NCBI RefSeq assembly: GCF_001194135.2
Contig: NC_069001.1
Location: 22,823,108-22,887,107, forward strand
DNA from: Octopus bimaculoides
Taxonomy: Eukaryota
DNA: 64,000 nt
Reading direction: 5' to 3'
In this document: piece by piece, positions 1 to 10,599 of the stretch
Layout of the letters: each line of letters begins with the position of its first letter
Position numbering within the stretch: position 1 is the stretch's first letter
The notes under the pieces: model-generated
What the model saw: only the letters and a program-made list of their open reading frames with translations
Database searches by the model: none
What the model was told of the DNA's origin: nothing
Made by a program: the position numbers and the translations under genes

Positions 1-664
1 CACATATAGAAATGCACAAACATACTTTTTTCAATGTATATGAATGAAGGATATAAAATATTGACAAGAATACAACAGCAAAAAATAATCAAAGCATGCT
101 TACAATTAAAAATAGCCTTTGTGGTATTTGTTCAGCCTCAACATTAACAAACTATCCCTTTTCCTTCTCACTACCTGAAATACAGTGAACCAATATATGG
201 CTTTCTGTCAATCCACAACCGACAGTACTATTGCTTAAAAATCTGATTTAAAAAAATAACTCTGATTTATAAAATTATCTATAAACATATAAGATGGGTT
301 AACAAACTACAATGGTACACTCCCACACTTTATTCCACATCAAAAGAGAAACGTCTGAAAAAGATGACTTCAAAATCGATATTGCTCAAGCATTGACACA
401 ATATCATTTTTTCCCCATAAATCTATGGTATATACAATCTGTAGATTCTGCTTTTTGAATTGGTCGATTTTATATCATCATTAATAGATCCTGACACCAA
501 CCACTTTACAGTGTGCACTGAATACTTTTTTATGTTGCCAGCATTAGTGAGGTCACCATGCAGCCTGCAACACTATGAACTCAAGAGAGGTTAGCTTTAT
601 GTTGGGAGATGAAAGAAGGGGGCCAGAACAGAACAGGTTTCTTGTAGTACTTTTTGCTTTCTTG

Positions 665-1265
665 CCTTTAACCCTCCAACGCGGAGTATAGGCCACGTAT
701 AATTGAATTCCATGTCGCATAATTTTTTGCTTCTGTACTTATACTCTGCCATGAATGTCCTCCTTTCTCTAGTTCCTTTTATGTTGATCTACGCCACGAG
801 TTCTTAGGCCTACCCCTCTTTCTATATCCATCTGGATTCCACTGTAAAGCACTTTTCGCTACATTTGGTGTGTCTTTTCTGATTGTGCTACCAATCCACT
901 TCCACTTTCTTTTAAATATTTGCTCTCTAATCAGAACTTGATTCGTTCTTTGCCATAGCTCCATATTGCTTATGTGTTCGGGTCATCTGATTTTAAGTAT
1001 ACTACGCAAGCACCTGTTGATGAATGATTGTATTTGCTTATTTGACTTAACTGTTGTTCGCCATGTCTCAGCCCCATACAATAACACCGCTTTTATGTTA
1101 GTGTTAAAAATTCTTATTTTGTTCTTTATTGAAATTACACTTGCACTCCATACATTTTTTAACAGGTGGAAAGCGGTCCTTGCCTTACTTATTCTCGTCT
1201 TAATATCTTCGTTGGTGCCACCTGAGAACATTATCTTACTACCTAGATACAGGATTTACATAACA
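665..1265 (-). mobile_element. RTE-clade LINE, 5'-truncated 3' remnant (post-RT region)
   Basis: Frameshifted ORFs 983-1231 (DIKTRISKARTAF...KAVLLYGAETW...FINRCLRSILKIR) and 779-964 (RKWKWIG...ALQWNPDGYRKRGRPKNSWRR) match the typical RTE ORF2 C-terminus. Confidence 0.85.
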
Positions 1266-1289
1266 AATCTCATTTTAGAAGAGAGGGTG

Positions 1290-1445
1290 TGAGCGATTGA
1301 GTGTGATAGATAGTCCTTTCAACTAAAGGCAAAAAGCCTGAGATTTTGGAGGAGGAGACTGGTCAATTACATCGACCCCAGTGTTTCACTGGTATCTAAT
1401 TTATCAACTCCGAAAGGCAAAGTTGACCTCAAATGAATTTGAATA
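1290..1445 (-). mobile_element. tRNA-derived SINE family B (MetaSINE-like core), partial
   Basis: Contains atcgaccccagtg...gaaaggcaaagttgacctc...atttgaa, shared with many copies in the window (8215, 15655, 20680, 31540, 36322, 37690, 41130, 46610, 50310, 51225). Confidence 0.6.
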
Positions 1446-1721
1446 TTATCCTACTGTCATTTAGCATTTTATTGAACACTGTTTTGTTTTCTGTTCTCTC
1501 TTTTCAAAGGACATTTCATCAATTTTAGAATTTATCAATCAAGGATTTTCTTTAAGAAAATCCTTTTAAGAAAATTCTTTAAGAAAATCCCTCTAATAGG
1601 CTTATGCCTTGTTAGAGTACCATTAATGGTTCATCACTAAAGTAGCCCTGAAGAAATAGTTATGTCACTTCATGCAAGTTTAGCAGTTTTCTACAATACT
1701 GAGAAGAGAAGGCTTCTTCCT

Positions 1722-2040
1722 GGTGTGTGGCTTAGTGGTTAGGGGTATTCAACTCATTATTATAAGGTCATGAGTTCAATACCTTGTGATGCATTGTATC
1801 CTTGAGCAAGATACTTTACTTCATGTTGCTCCAATCCATTCAGCTCGCAAAAATTAGTTCTACATGTATTTCAAAGAGCCAGCCTTGTTACATTGTTTCG
1901 AGCTGAATCTCCCTGAGAACTACATTAAAGCTATGCATGTGTGTGGAGTGCTCAGCCACTTACAAGTTGATTTTATGAACTGGCTGTTCTATTGATTAGA
2001 TCAACTGGAACACTTGTCATCACAACCAAAGGAGTACCAG
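1722..2040 (+). mobile_element. tRNA-derived SINE family C (Nin/Deu-domain-like)
   Basis: A-box-like tggcttagtgg and B-box-like gagttcaatac, then ccttgagcaagatactttacttcatgttgctcca; near-full homolog at 62778-63055. Confidence 0.7.
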
Positions 2041-3393
2041 GTTTTTTTTGTTTTGTTTTGTTTTTTTTTTTGTATAAGTTCAAGTGTGTGTAGCAAGTAT
2101 GATCTTACTTCTATCATTCTGAATTTAATTGTGTGTAGAATAAGAAAAATTATATATAGGCTTTTGAACATTTTCAGCATTCATGTTCCACTCATATGAT
2201 ATTGGTTAACGCATGGTTGTTCAGATGTTACTCAGCCACTGAATCACAGTGATATCAAACACTGAACAACATGGTTACAAACAATCTTCAAAACCTACAT
2301 CTACTCTTCTGAATAGCAGATCGAAAACAAAATCTAAGGTTAGCAATTAGAACTATTCAAAACACTGTATAAATAGTATGGAAGAGAAATGAGTTTGGTA
2401 TATTGTCTTTGGGAGGGAAAAAAACGTTTAGAAATAGTTCTAGATAGCCATCAATTACTTGAGGTTCCTCAAAGGAAGGAAAATTTTAAGAGACAGATAA
2501 ATTAATTAATTAATCAATCAATCAAATATTCATATTAACAAGCACAAAATTAATCATTATATCTTCAAGCATCATTTTTATTGAATACGTTAGCAGAATT
2601 GATGTTGTAGTGTCAATATCCTTTTTCAGGGTATCTCGCTGTATCTGTAATAGATAGATAATGCTATTAATATTGTTATCGATTGCTTTTGTAAGTTTTG
2701 TTTTTGATTTATTTCTTGTTACTTCTATTGAAAAGTTCTGAAGTGAAAAACAATAATTCCTAGAAAATATCCAGGATGTCATCCACTTCTCAACTTAGCT
2801 TAAATGATGGATTAGCCTTCACTACAGAATATAATGATTCTTTATCTGACGTTGAATTAGAAATATTTTATTTTCAAGTTTTCTAAAGAGAATTTGTAGG
2901 AAATTAAATTATCACTTTTCAATATTGCTTATTCCAAATTATTTTATCATAATTTTGTTTTCTAGTTTATATATTGCATGTATTTTTACCTTTTTGTCTT
3001 CATTTTTTTTCTTGGCAATGCAAAACAAAACAGTTGTGTTTTGATGAAAAGTTCTTGAATATGTGATGCTAAATTCAATTAACTTTTAATATGAACAATG
3101 TTATGGCTGACTATTGATGAATAACTCCATTGGGATATGCCTACTACAACATAGATTCATACAATACCAAACCCTTTATAACTTACAAGAGATGGAATTT
3201 ATTTGTTTTTTCTTTTTTCTTTTTTTTTTATTAGATATGAGAATAGTTTTGGTAGTTATATCTGAAACATGCAAGCAGAAGTTTCACCAGTGGAAAGAGA
3301 ACTCTGCATCTAATCACTTAAATAATACGATGCTAAAACTTGATGTTCATGCCTTTTTCAAGGACTAGAGAAGACAATAACACTGATCAGATA

Positions 3394-3802
3394 GGTGCCA
3401 GTGAGCCTGTGTGGTAAGAAGTTTGGTTCCAAACCTCATGGTTCCAGGTTCAGTCCTATTGCATGGCATCTTGGGCAAGTGTCTTCTATAGTTTTGGGAA
3501 GACCAAAGCATTGTGAGTAAATTTGGCAGATGGAAACTGAAGGAAGCCTGTCATATATATATGTGTATATAAATGTGTGTGTGTGTTTGTGCATGTCTTT
3601 ATCCTCCATCACCATTTGACAACCGGTGCTGCTGTGTTTATGTCCCTGTAACTTAGTGGCTCACTAAAAGAGACTGATAGAATAAGTACCAGGCTTAAAA
3701 CAAAACAAGTACAGGAGGCAATTTGTTTAAATAAAATTCTTCAAGGTGGTACTCCAGCATGGCCACAGTCTAATGACTGAAACAAATAAAAGATAAAAGA
3801 TA
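3394..3802 (+). mobile_element. tRNA-derived SINE family A with internal (TA)/(TG) microsatellite
   Basis: Head ctgtgtggtaagaag...ggttcagtcc, core gatggaaactgaaggaagcc, tail ccagcatggccacagtctaatgactgaaacaaataaaag; more than 20 copies or fragments in the window. Confidence 0.8.
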
Positions 3803-3955
3803 GGGAATATATTGAATAAAATAGTATCTACGATGAAGACAAAAGAATACTACAAGGCACTTTTAGTGTTTCTGTCATTCACTATCCTAACAACCACACT
3901 GATTCACAGCTTGGGCACAAAGACACACATATAACTGATTTAAACTCCACCTTTT

Positions 3956-3956
<1 letters not shown>

Positions 3957-4016
<60 letters not shown>
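3957..4016. repeat. (CA)n microsatellite (representative of many CA/TG, TA, CT, AAT, AGAT, CATA tracts)
   Basis: Pure CA dinucleotide run; other examples near 19150-19230, 23980-24025, 40610-40642, 42974-43031, 45563-45610, 49684-49728. Confidence 0.95.
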
Positions 4017-4017
<1 letters not shown>

Positions 4018-4034
4018 AGGCATACTGGATTTCT

Positions 4035-4530
4035 TTTACTTGTTTCAGTTATTAGACTATGGCCATGCTAGAGCACTGCCTCAAAGAACAATTTTTAGTT
4101 GAATAAAGAGACCCAGTACTTTACTTCTTTTTAAAGCCTGTTACTCATTCTATTGATCTATTTTGCCAATCTGTTAAGTTACAGGGATGTAAACACACCA
4201 ACACTGGTTGTCAAGTGGTGGTGGGGTCAAACACAGACACAAAAACACACACACACACACATATATGCGTGTGTATGTCAGGTTTCTTTCAGTTTCTGTC
4301 AACCTAATCCACTGACAAGCCTTTGGTCAGCCTGAGGCTATAGTACAGGGTGTCCAAAAAGTCTGGGTACATGGGGATTAACTCATACTTTAAGAAATTA
4401 TTATTTCTTACATTTAATTGTTTATGTTATGATTTTATTTACTCCATGTACCCAGACCATGTGGACATCCTGTAGAAGACACTTGCCCAAGGTACTGTGC
4501 AGTGGGACTGAACCCTAAACCATGCAGCTC
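4035..4530 (-). mobile_element. SINE family A, interrupted by a Tc1-like MITE
   Basis: Reverse complement of family A; its ...gaggctatagtagaagacacttgcccaagg... segment is split at TA by the 4346-4472 insert. Confidence 0.8.
4346..4472. mobile_element. Tc1/mariner-type MITE (127 bp)
   Basis: About 29-bp imperfect TIRs cagggtgtccaaaaagtctgggtacatgg / ccatgtacccagaccatgtggacatcctg; TA duplication at 4344-4345 and 4473-4474. Confidence 0.85.
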
Positions 4531-6314
4531 CTGGTTATTATTTTATTAGCCCTGGCAGAATTTCCTTTCAGAGTGTGAATGGTTAGTTCGCATAAATGCG
4601 CTCAAACCAGTGCTAGGTAAAAAGCATCCAGTACATTCTGTAAAGTGGTTGGCATTAGAAAGGGCATCCAGCTGTAGAAACCATGCCAAAGCAGACAGTT
4701 TGAGCCTGGAGAGCCCTCTGGTTTGTCAGCTCTTATCAAGTTATCCAACCCATGCCATCATTGAAAACACTTGTTAAATAATGATGCTGGTTCACTTCTG
4801 ACCAATCCAACCTCTCCACCTCTGTCTTTTACAAACCCTGTCACATCCATTCCTACCAGAATTCAATCTCACTCTTCCCACACTTATACCAAACCTGCCT
4901 TCATGTCTGTAGCCTTTATTTTTACTTTAAAACCCGAAATGGCCTACAATTTCTTGCAATGACATTATCCATGCATTGACACCACCTGCTCTCATAAATG
5001 TGTAACTGACCACCAGTCCACCCTCATGCCATATATTCACATCACCCCCAAATACTTTCTTTCCATCCCCTTCTCACCTGCCATCTTGTTATTTTATCCT
5101 GTAATACTTCTGTCCCCTGCAATCTGACCCAACACCACCACCATCTCCAGTGTATTCTCCGTATAGTATTCATCCCTACTTAAATGTGGATGTCCTGTTA
5201 GAACTTTGCTGCAGTAGACGACATGAATTCAAATCAGCTTTTTATGCATTTCCCATCTCTCCACTTATGGTATAATAAAGAAGTCATTTTGAACCAAAAA
5301 GCCAATAGAGTTTTTCACATGGTGTTTACCACAGTATAGTTTGTTCTAACAGAACATCCATATTTACGTGGGGATAAATATTACTTCTAGGTATCAATAC
5401 CATTTCTATCACAAATATGTATATATTTTAACAAGCTCACTGGCTAATCATAACACTGGTGGCCATTCTGGCACTTATTTTCTATATATTGCTGGTGGGG
5501 AGATGAGTCACTACTGCTATCCCTAGGGGCCAATTGTCCAACATTGACAAGACGAAAGAAGGTCAAAAGCACAAGATCTGGTGCTTTTGATGCTGGAGGT
5601 AACAGGGATTTATCTCCCTGCCAGCAATATATAGAATAAGAGTGCCAGAAGAGGTGCTGGTGTCATGATTAGCCTATGAGGTGGCAGGTGATTTATCTCC
5701 TTGCTAGTGATATACAAAAGAGTGTATTTTGCACCAAAAGCCAATATGAGAGTTTCTCTCATGGTATCTATCATAGTATAGTCTGTTCTAACAGAGCACC
5801 CATGTTTAAGTGAGGATAAATATTACCTCTTGGTAATATTTATTATCATGGTTTATTATCGTGATTGCTGTTAATGCCTGGCAAAAGCTATTCATGCCTC
5901 AGGATTGAAAAAAAGAAAAATCTAAGTTTCAGGCATACACTGAGATTGATTTCATCTCTACTCCTTAAATGTAAAGCTTTGTGCCGATGTGAGAAACAAT
6001 TTTTATTTCAAGGCCTATAAATAAATTTTACTAATAAAGTATTAACCAACTGACCAAAGCCCTCCCATAAAAGCTTGTGACTTTATAACAATGCTAGGAA
6101 GGAACAAGTCCAATCCTATGCATCTTTGTAGCTGAGAAATGTATCAGTGTATAAAATTACTAAGAAAATAGCCAGAACAAGATAAGAATAAAGCATACTT
6201 GTGTACAATGAAGGGACAAAACAGAGAGGAATTTCCTCATCCAAACAGTGATCCTTTTTCAAAGGAAAAGCAGGTAACAGAAAGAGGAACATTCAGTAGA
6301 ACGATTTATATGTA

Positions 6315-6690
6315 GCCATATGGTAAGAAGCTGGCTTCTTAACCACATAGTTCTGGTTTCAGTCCCACTATATGGCACCGTGAGCATATATCTTCTACTA
6401 TAATCTCAAGTTGACCAAAGCTTTGTAAGTGGATTTGGTAGATGGAAACTGAAGGAAGACCATTGAGTGTATGTGTGTGTGTGTGTTTGTGTGTTTGTCC
6501 CCCCCCCCTGCCACTACTTGATGACCAGTGCTGGTCTGTTTACGTCCTCATGACTTAGCATTTCAAGAGACTGATAAAATAAATAGAGCCTTAAAAAAAA
6601 TAAGTACAGGGGTTGATTCGTTCAACTAAAAATTCTTCAAAGCAGTGCCCCAGCATGGCCTCATTCTAATGACTGAAGGAAGTAAAAGAA
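6315..6690 (+). mobile_element. SINE family A
   Basis: Same head, core and tail motifs as 3394-3802. Confidence 0.75.
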
Positions 6691-6949
6691 TATAAGTAAA
6701 AGAGCTTCTCAGCATGGCCACGAGAGTCCCTAGAAACAGCAGCCAGCCTTACCACAAATTAAACCCTAACATCTTAAAAGTAAGTGAAAGTACATAGTAC
6801 AAAATGTTGTCTTGTATATATTACATCTAAAAAGTGATATAATCTTCATGGGCGGCACATCTTTAACCATAGATCTGCTGTATCATGGTTTGCTTTGGGT
6901 TAAACAAGAACAGCAACAATGTAGAAGCAATGTAGCTAAAACATCCATT

Positions 6950-8200
6950 TTATTATCCCTGCTGGAATTAAAATAGAATATAACATAACAAACTGGATAA
7001 TGCAAAGTACCTAGTTTAACTCTAAGTAATCCTAATACATTTTCATATTGACATTATTCTCTATTTTTAACAATCATATTTCAGGAATTTTTTAGCTGAT
7101 TTATCTTGTAATGTGATTTCCTAAAAACCACTCTATTCCAGTCAGGCTTTTGGCAGAATTAAATACAAAAGTTGCTTAAAACCTAGTGCTGCAGACTTCA
7201 TTAGATCTGTCTCATTACCAGTAATAATGTACACAGAATCCAATTTTGCTTCTGGTGCTGTTGGTGTTAAAACTTAAGTTCCAAATTTTTAAGCCATATC
7301 CTGGGTGCCTAATGAGATTTTTCTCCACTCTGCAGCTAATAATATCGGTAACTATCCTGAAGATTAGAGTTCTAAATCAAGACTAAATTTAGTTTGGACT
7401 TGGTGTAATAGCAGACTTGTGTGACACCGTTGATGGTAAATACTACAGCAAAGCTATATTTTATGAACACAGACACACACGCACATGCATACATACATAC
7501 ATACATATAAATAGATATACATACATGCATCAATACTATGTATGTACAAATATAAGTATATATACAACATATGTATATATGTATATATAATTTATATATA
7601 TACATATATATGCAAGTGTGTGTGTGTGTGTGTGTGTGTATACATATATATATATATATATATATGTAAATATATACATATATGTATATATTTATATATT
7701 AAGATGTATGCATACACAAGTGTGTATGTATCCATATATATCTATATATATACAGAGTAAGCATGACCATGTAGTTAAGTTCATTTCCCAGCAATATGAT
7801 TTTGGTTTGGTTCCACCAGATGCTAGTTTGTTCAAATATTTTCTTCCATAGCCTTGGGCTATAGGTTCTTGTTCTCTTCCAACAACAGATCTGCTGTTCA
7901 AATGTCCCTTACAAACCACTTTTCACCTTCTGGAATCAAATACTCATAGTCAACTTCTTCAGGGTCAACATGATATAAAATAAAGTGTTACATCCTTCAG
8001 TGAGTTTCAATATTTCAACACAATTCTTGCTTCTTCTTAGCCAGGCCTCAAGATGGCTCCTGGTCCTTTCCAAACACCTTTTATACCTTTTCTCAACTGG
8101 AGCACTGTATAGAGAGTCAGGCAACTAATACTGGTGTTACTTCTCCTCCTTCTGTATTATTGTTGACACAACACCTTCAGTCATTAACTTGTGTTTTCTA
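6950..8200 (-). pseudogene. Decayed coding fragment of unidentified protein (copy A), split by a microsatellite
   Basis: Frameshifted peptides VNNNTEGGEVTPVLV, KRYKRCLERTRSHLEAWLRRSKNCVEILKL, HVDPEEVDYEYLIPEGEKWFVRDI, PEAKLDSVYIITGNETDLMKSAALGFKQLLYLILP; 8013-8175 aligns by eye with 12069-12230. Confidence 0.4.
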
Positions 8201-8214
8201 TATATGTACTCATT

Positions 8215-8645
8215 AAAGGTGGTGAGCTGGCAGAAATGTTAGCAATTCAGTTCAAATGCTGAGCAGTATTTCATCTGTCTCTACCTTCTGAGTTCAAATT
8301 CCGCCAAGGTCGACTTTGCCTTTCATCCTTTCGAGGTCGATAAATTAAGTACCAGTTACGCACTGAGGTTGTTGTAATTAACTTAATCCCTTTGTCTGTC
8401 CTTGTTTGTCCCCTCTATGTTTAGCCCTCTGTGGGCAATAAAAAATAAGAAACTTTAGCAATTCGGTTGAAATGCTTAGTGGTATTTCATCTGTCTTTAC
8501 GTTCTGAGTTCAAATTCCCTTGAGGTTGACTTTGCCTTTCATCCTTTCAGGGTCGATAAATTAGATACCAGTTGCATACTGGGTCGATCTAATCGACTGG
8601 CCCCTCCCCAAAAATTTTGGGCCTTGTGCCTAGAGTAGAAAAGAA
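8215..8645 (+). mobile_element. SINE family B head-to-tail dimer
   Basis: Two consecutive units each with gttctgagttcaaattcc...gactttgcctttcatcctttc...ggtcgataaatta; unit 1 tail runs into the unit 2 head at ...aataagaaac|tttagc. Confidence 0.8.
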
Positions 8646-8669
8646 TATCTTTGTGCTTTGTTCCATACT

Positions 8670-9050
8670 GTATTAATTTCTTAGAACTTGGTGAAGAGTA
8701 TCTGGTTCCCATCGATCAAAAGTGATCTGCAAGTCACTTTCGATAACAATTCAGTTGGAGACACTCCAGTTGTTGAATCCAGAGTAATTCTGAAAGTAAA
8801 CGAGAACCTTTTAACTGCAGTTTCCAGCCTCTCTTTCCCGTTCACCTTCATTTTCTTTATTGCCTCTTTCAATGTACAAACAGTGCACTCAGCTTAACCG
8901 TTTGAGTAGGGATGCTGTGGAGAGGTGAATATATACCACATTCCACTAAGGTCCATTAACTATTAAACTCTTTACTAATGATATATGGGCCATAGTCAGT
9001 TGCTAATATCAGAGGCAGATCATATGGGATGAAGATTGCCTCCTCTTTCT
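8670..9050 (-). mobile_element. Gypsy/Ty3 LTR-retrotransposon integrase remnant
   Basis: Translation LPLILATDYGPYIISKEF...QHPYSNG*AECTVCTLKEAIKK...FRITLDSTTGVSPTELL matches the integrase core pattern (P.xLVTDNGPQF.S.EF; HP.SNG.AER; TP..TTG.SPAELL); stops present. Confidence 0.75.
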
Positions 9051-9059
9051 CTGCTGCGA

Positions 9060-9290
9060 CTGTAGCAACCATGAAATTCATGCTCTCAGAGTATCCACTC
9101 CCACTACTGACTTGGTCACCTTGGTAATGGAAGCTATCAACTACTTCTAGTTCTTCCTCCTGGCATGTGATGGAAGCTGTTTTCTGCGCATTTTCAGTGT
9201 TTATTGCCCTGTGCATTTGCAACACACAAAATCTATCTTCCCAGTTAACATTTCTTTGATATTGCTGCACCTCTTATGTGTCCATAGATT
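9060..9290 (-). mobile_element. RTE-type LINE internal fragment
   Basis: ...ITCQEEELEVVDSFHYQGDQVSSGSGYSES resembles the RTE post-RT LEVVDSF.YLG motif. Confidence 0.55.
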
Positions 9291-9339
9291 TCACTGGGTA
9301 CATCTTATGGAGTTTCTACCCCAGAGCAGCTGTCTGGCT

Positions 9340-9722
9340 TCTGTGCCAGTGGCACATAAATAGCACCATTTGAACGTGATCGTTACCAGCGTTGCCTTAC
9401 TGGCATTTGTGCTGGGGGCATGTGAAAAAACATTCGAGCGAGGTCATTGCCAGTGTTGCTGGACTGGCTCCTGTGCAGGTGGCACGTAAAAAACACCATT
9501 TGAGTGTGGCCATTGCCAGTACCGCCTGAGTGGCGCTCATGCCGGTGTCATGTAAAAGCACCCACTACACTCTCGGAGTGGTTGGCATTAGGAAGGGTAT
9601 CCAACTGTAGAAACTCTGCCACATCAGATTGGAGCCTAGTGCAGCCATCTGGTTCGCCAGTCCTCAATCAAATCGTCCAACCCATGCTAGCATGGAAAGC
9701 GAATGTTAAACGATGATGATGA
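9340..9722 (+). mobile_element. Dispersed retroposon family D (probably related to an RTE 3' end), (GAT)n tail
   Basis: Repeated gtggcacgtaaaaagcacc units, then gttggcattaggaagggtatccaactgtagaaac...cccatgctagcatggaaagcg...gatgatgat; homologs near 4610, 16180, 27600, 30020, 50880, 56165. Confidence 0.65.
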
Positions 9723-9745
9723 TATATATAAATATAAATAATATT

Positions 9746-9968
9746 ATATTATCCGAAAAATATAGTATTATATAACCATAATGGCTGATCTTACCAGTCG
9801 GTTAACACGAGGAATACAGTGGAGTGTTAGGTAACAATCTGATTATATAACTTTATGCTCATCAGAGTTAGCCGATTGTTACCTAACACTCCATTGTATT
9901 CCTTGCATGAAACCAACTGTAAGATCAGCCGTGATGAATATATAATACTATATATTTTGAATAATATA
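9746..9968. repeat. Long imperfect palindrome (foldback/MITE-like)
   Basis: Arms of about 95 bp (9746-9839, 9874-9968) including a perfect 19-bp core ggagtgttaggtaacaatc / gattgttacctaacactcc; spacer about 34 nt. Confidence 0.8.
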
Positions 9969-10059
9969 CCCACTCTATTGACAGATATATGAGTGCATCT
10001 TTTCTCTGATTTATGGTCTCTTGGATGACTCACGTATGTGTTTGTAAATTCTTTTATTC

Positions 10060-10432
10060 TTTTATTTGTTTCAGTCATTTGACTGCAGCCATGCTGGAGC
10101 ACCACCTTTAGTTGAACAAATCAACCCCAGGACTTACTCTTTGTAAGCCTAATACTTATTCTATCAGTGTCTTTTTCCAAACCGCTAAGTTACAGGGACA
10201 TAAATACACCAACATCGGTTGTCAAGCAATGGTGGGGTCAAATACAGACACACACTCACTCTCACATACGACAGGCTTCTTTCAGTTTCCGTCTACCAAA
10301 TCCACTCACAAGGCTTTGGTTGGCTCGAGGCTATAGTAGAAGACACTTGCCCAAGGTGCCATGTAGTGGGACTGAACTTGGAACCATGTGGTTGGTAAGC
10401 AAGCTACTTACCACACAGCCACTCCTGCACCT
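10060..10432 (-). mobile_element. SINE family A, well preserved
   Basis: Full reverse complement of family A head, core and tail. Confidence 0.85.
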
Positions 10433-10599
10433 ATACACACACACTCGCTTTGTTTTTGTTTTAGGCTTGCAAGATTTTTTATGTGAATTTTCATGTGTGT
10501 GTGTCTATGAGAGAGTGAGAGAGATTTCACTAAACAAATCATTTATACCTTTAACTCCGATGTATGTCGCACAACTGTTCTGTTAAGTTTGTATTTTTA

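Noticed and set aside
5285-5840. ~115-bp direct repeat pair (5285-5400 and 5725-5840)
   Set aside because: Diverged fragments of a common dispersed repeat, with no coding or structural signal.
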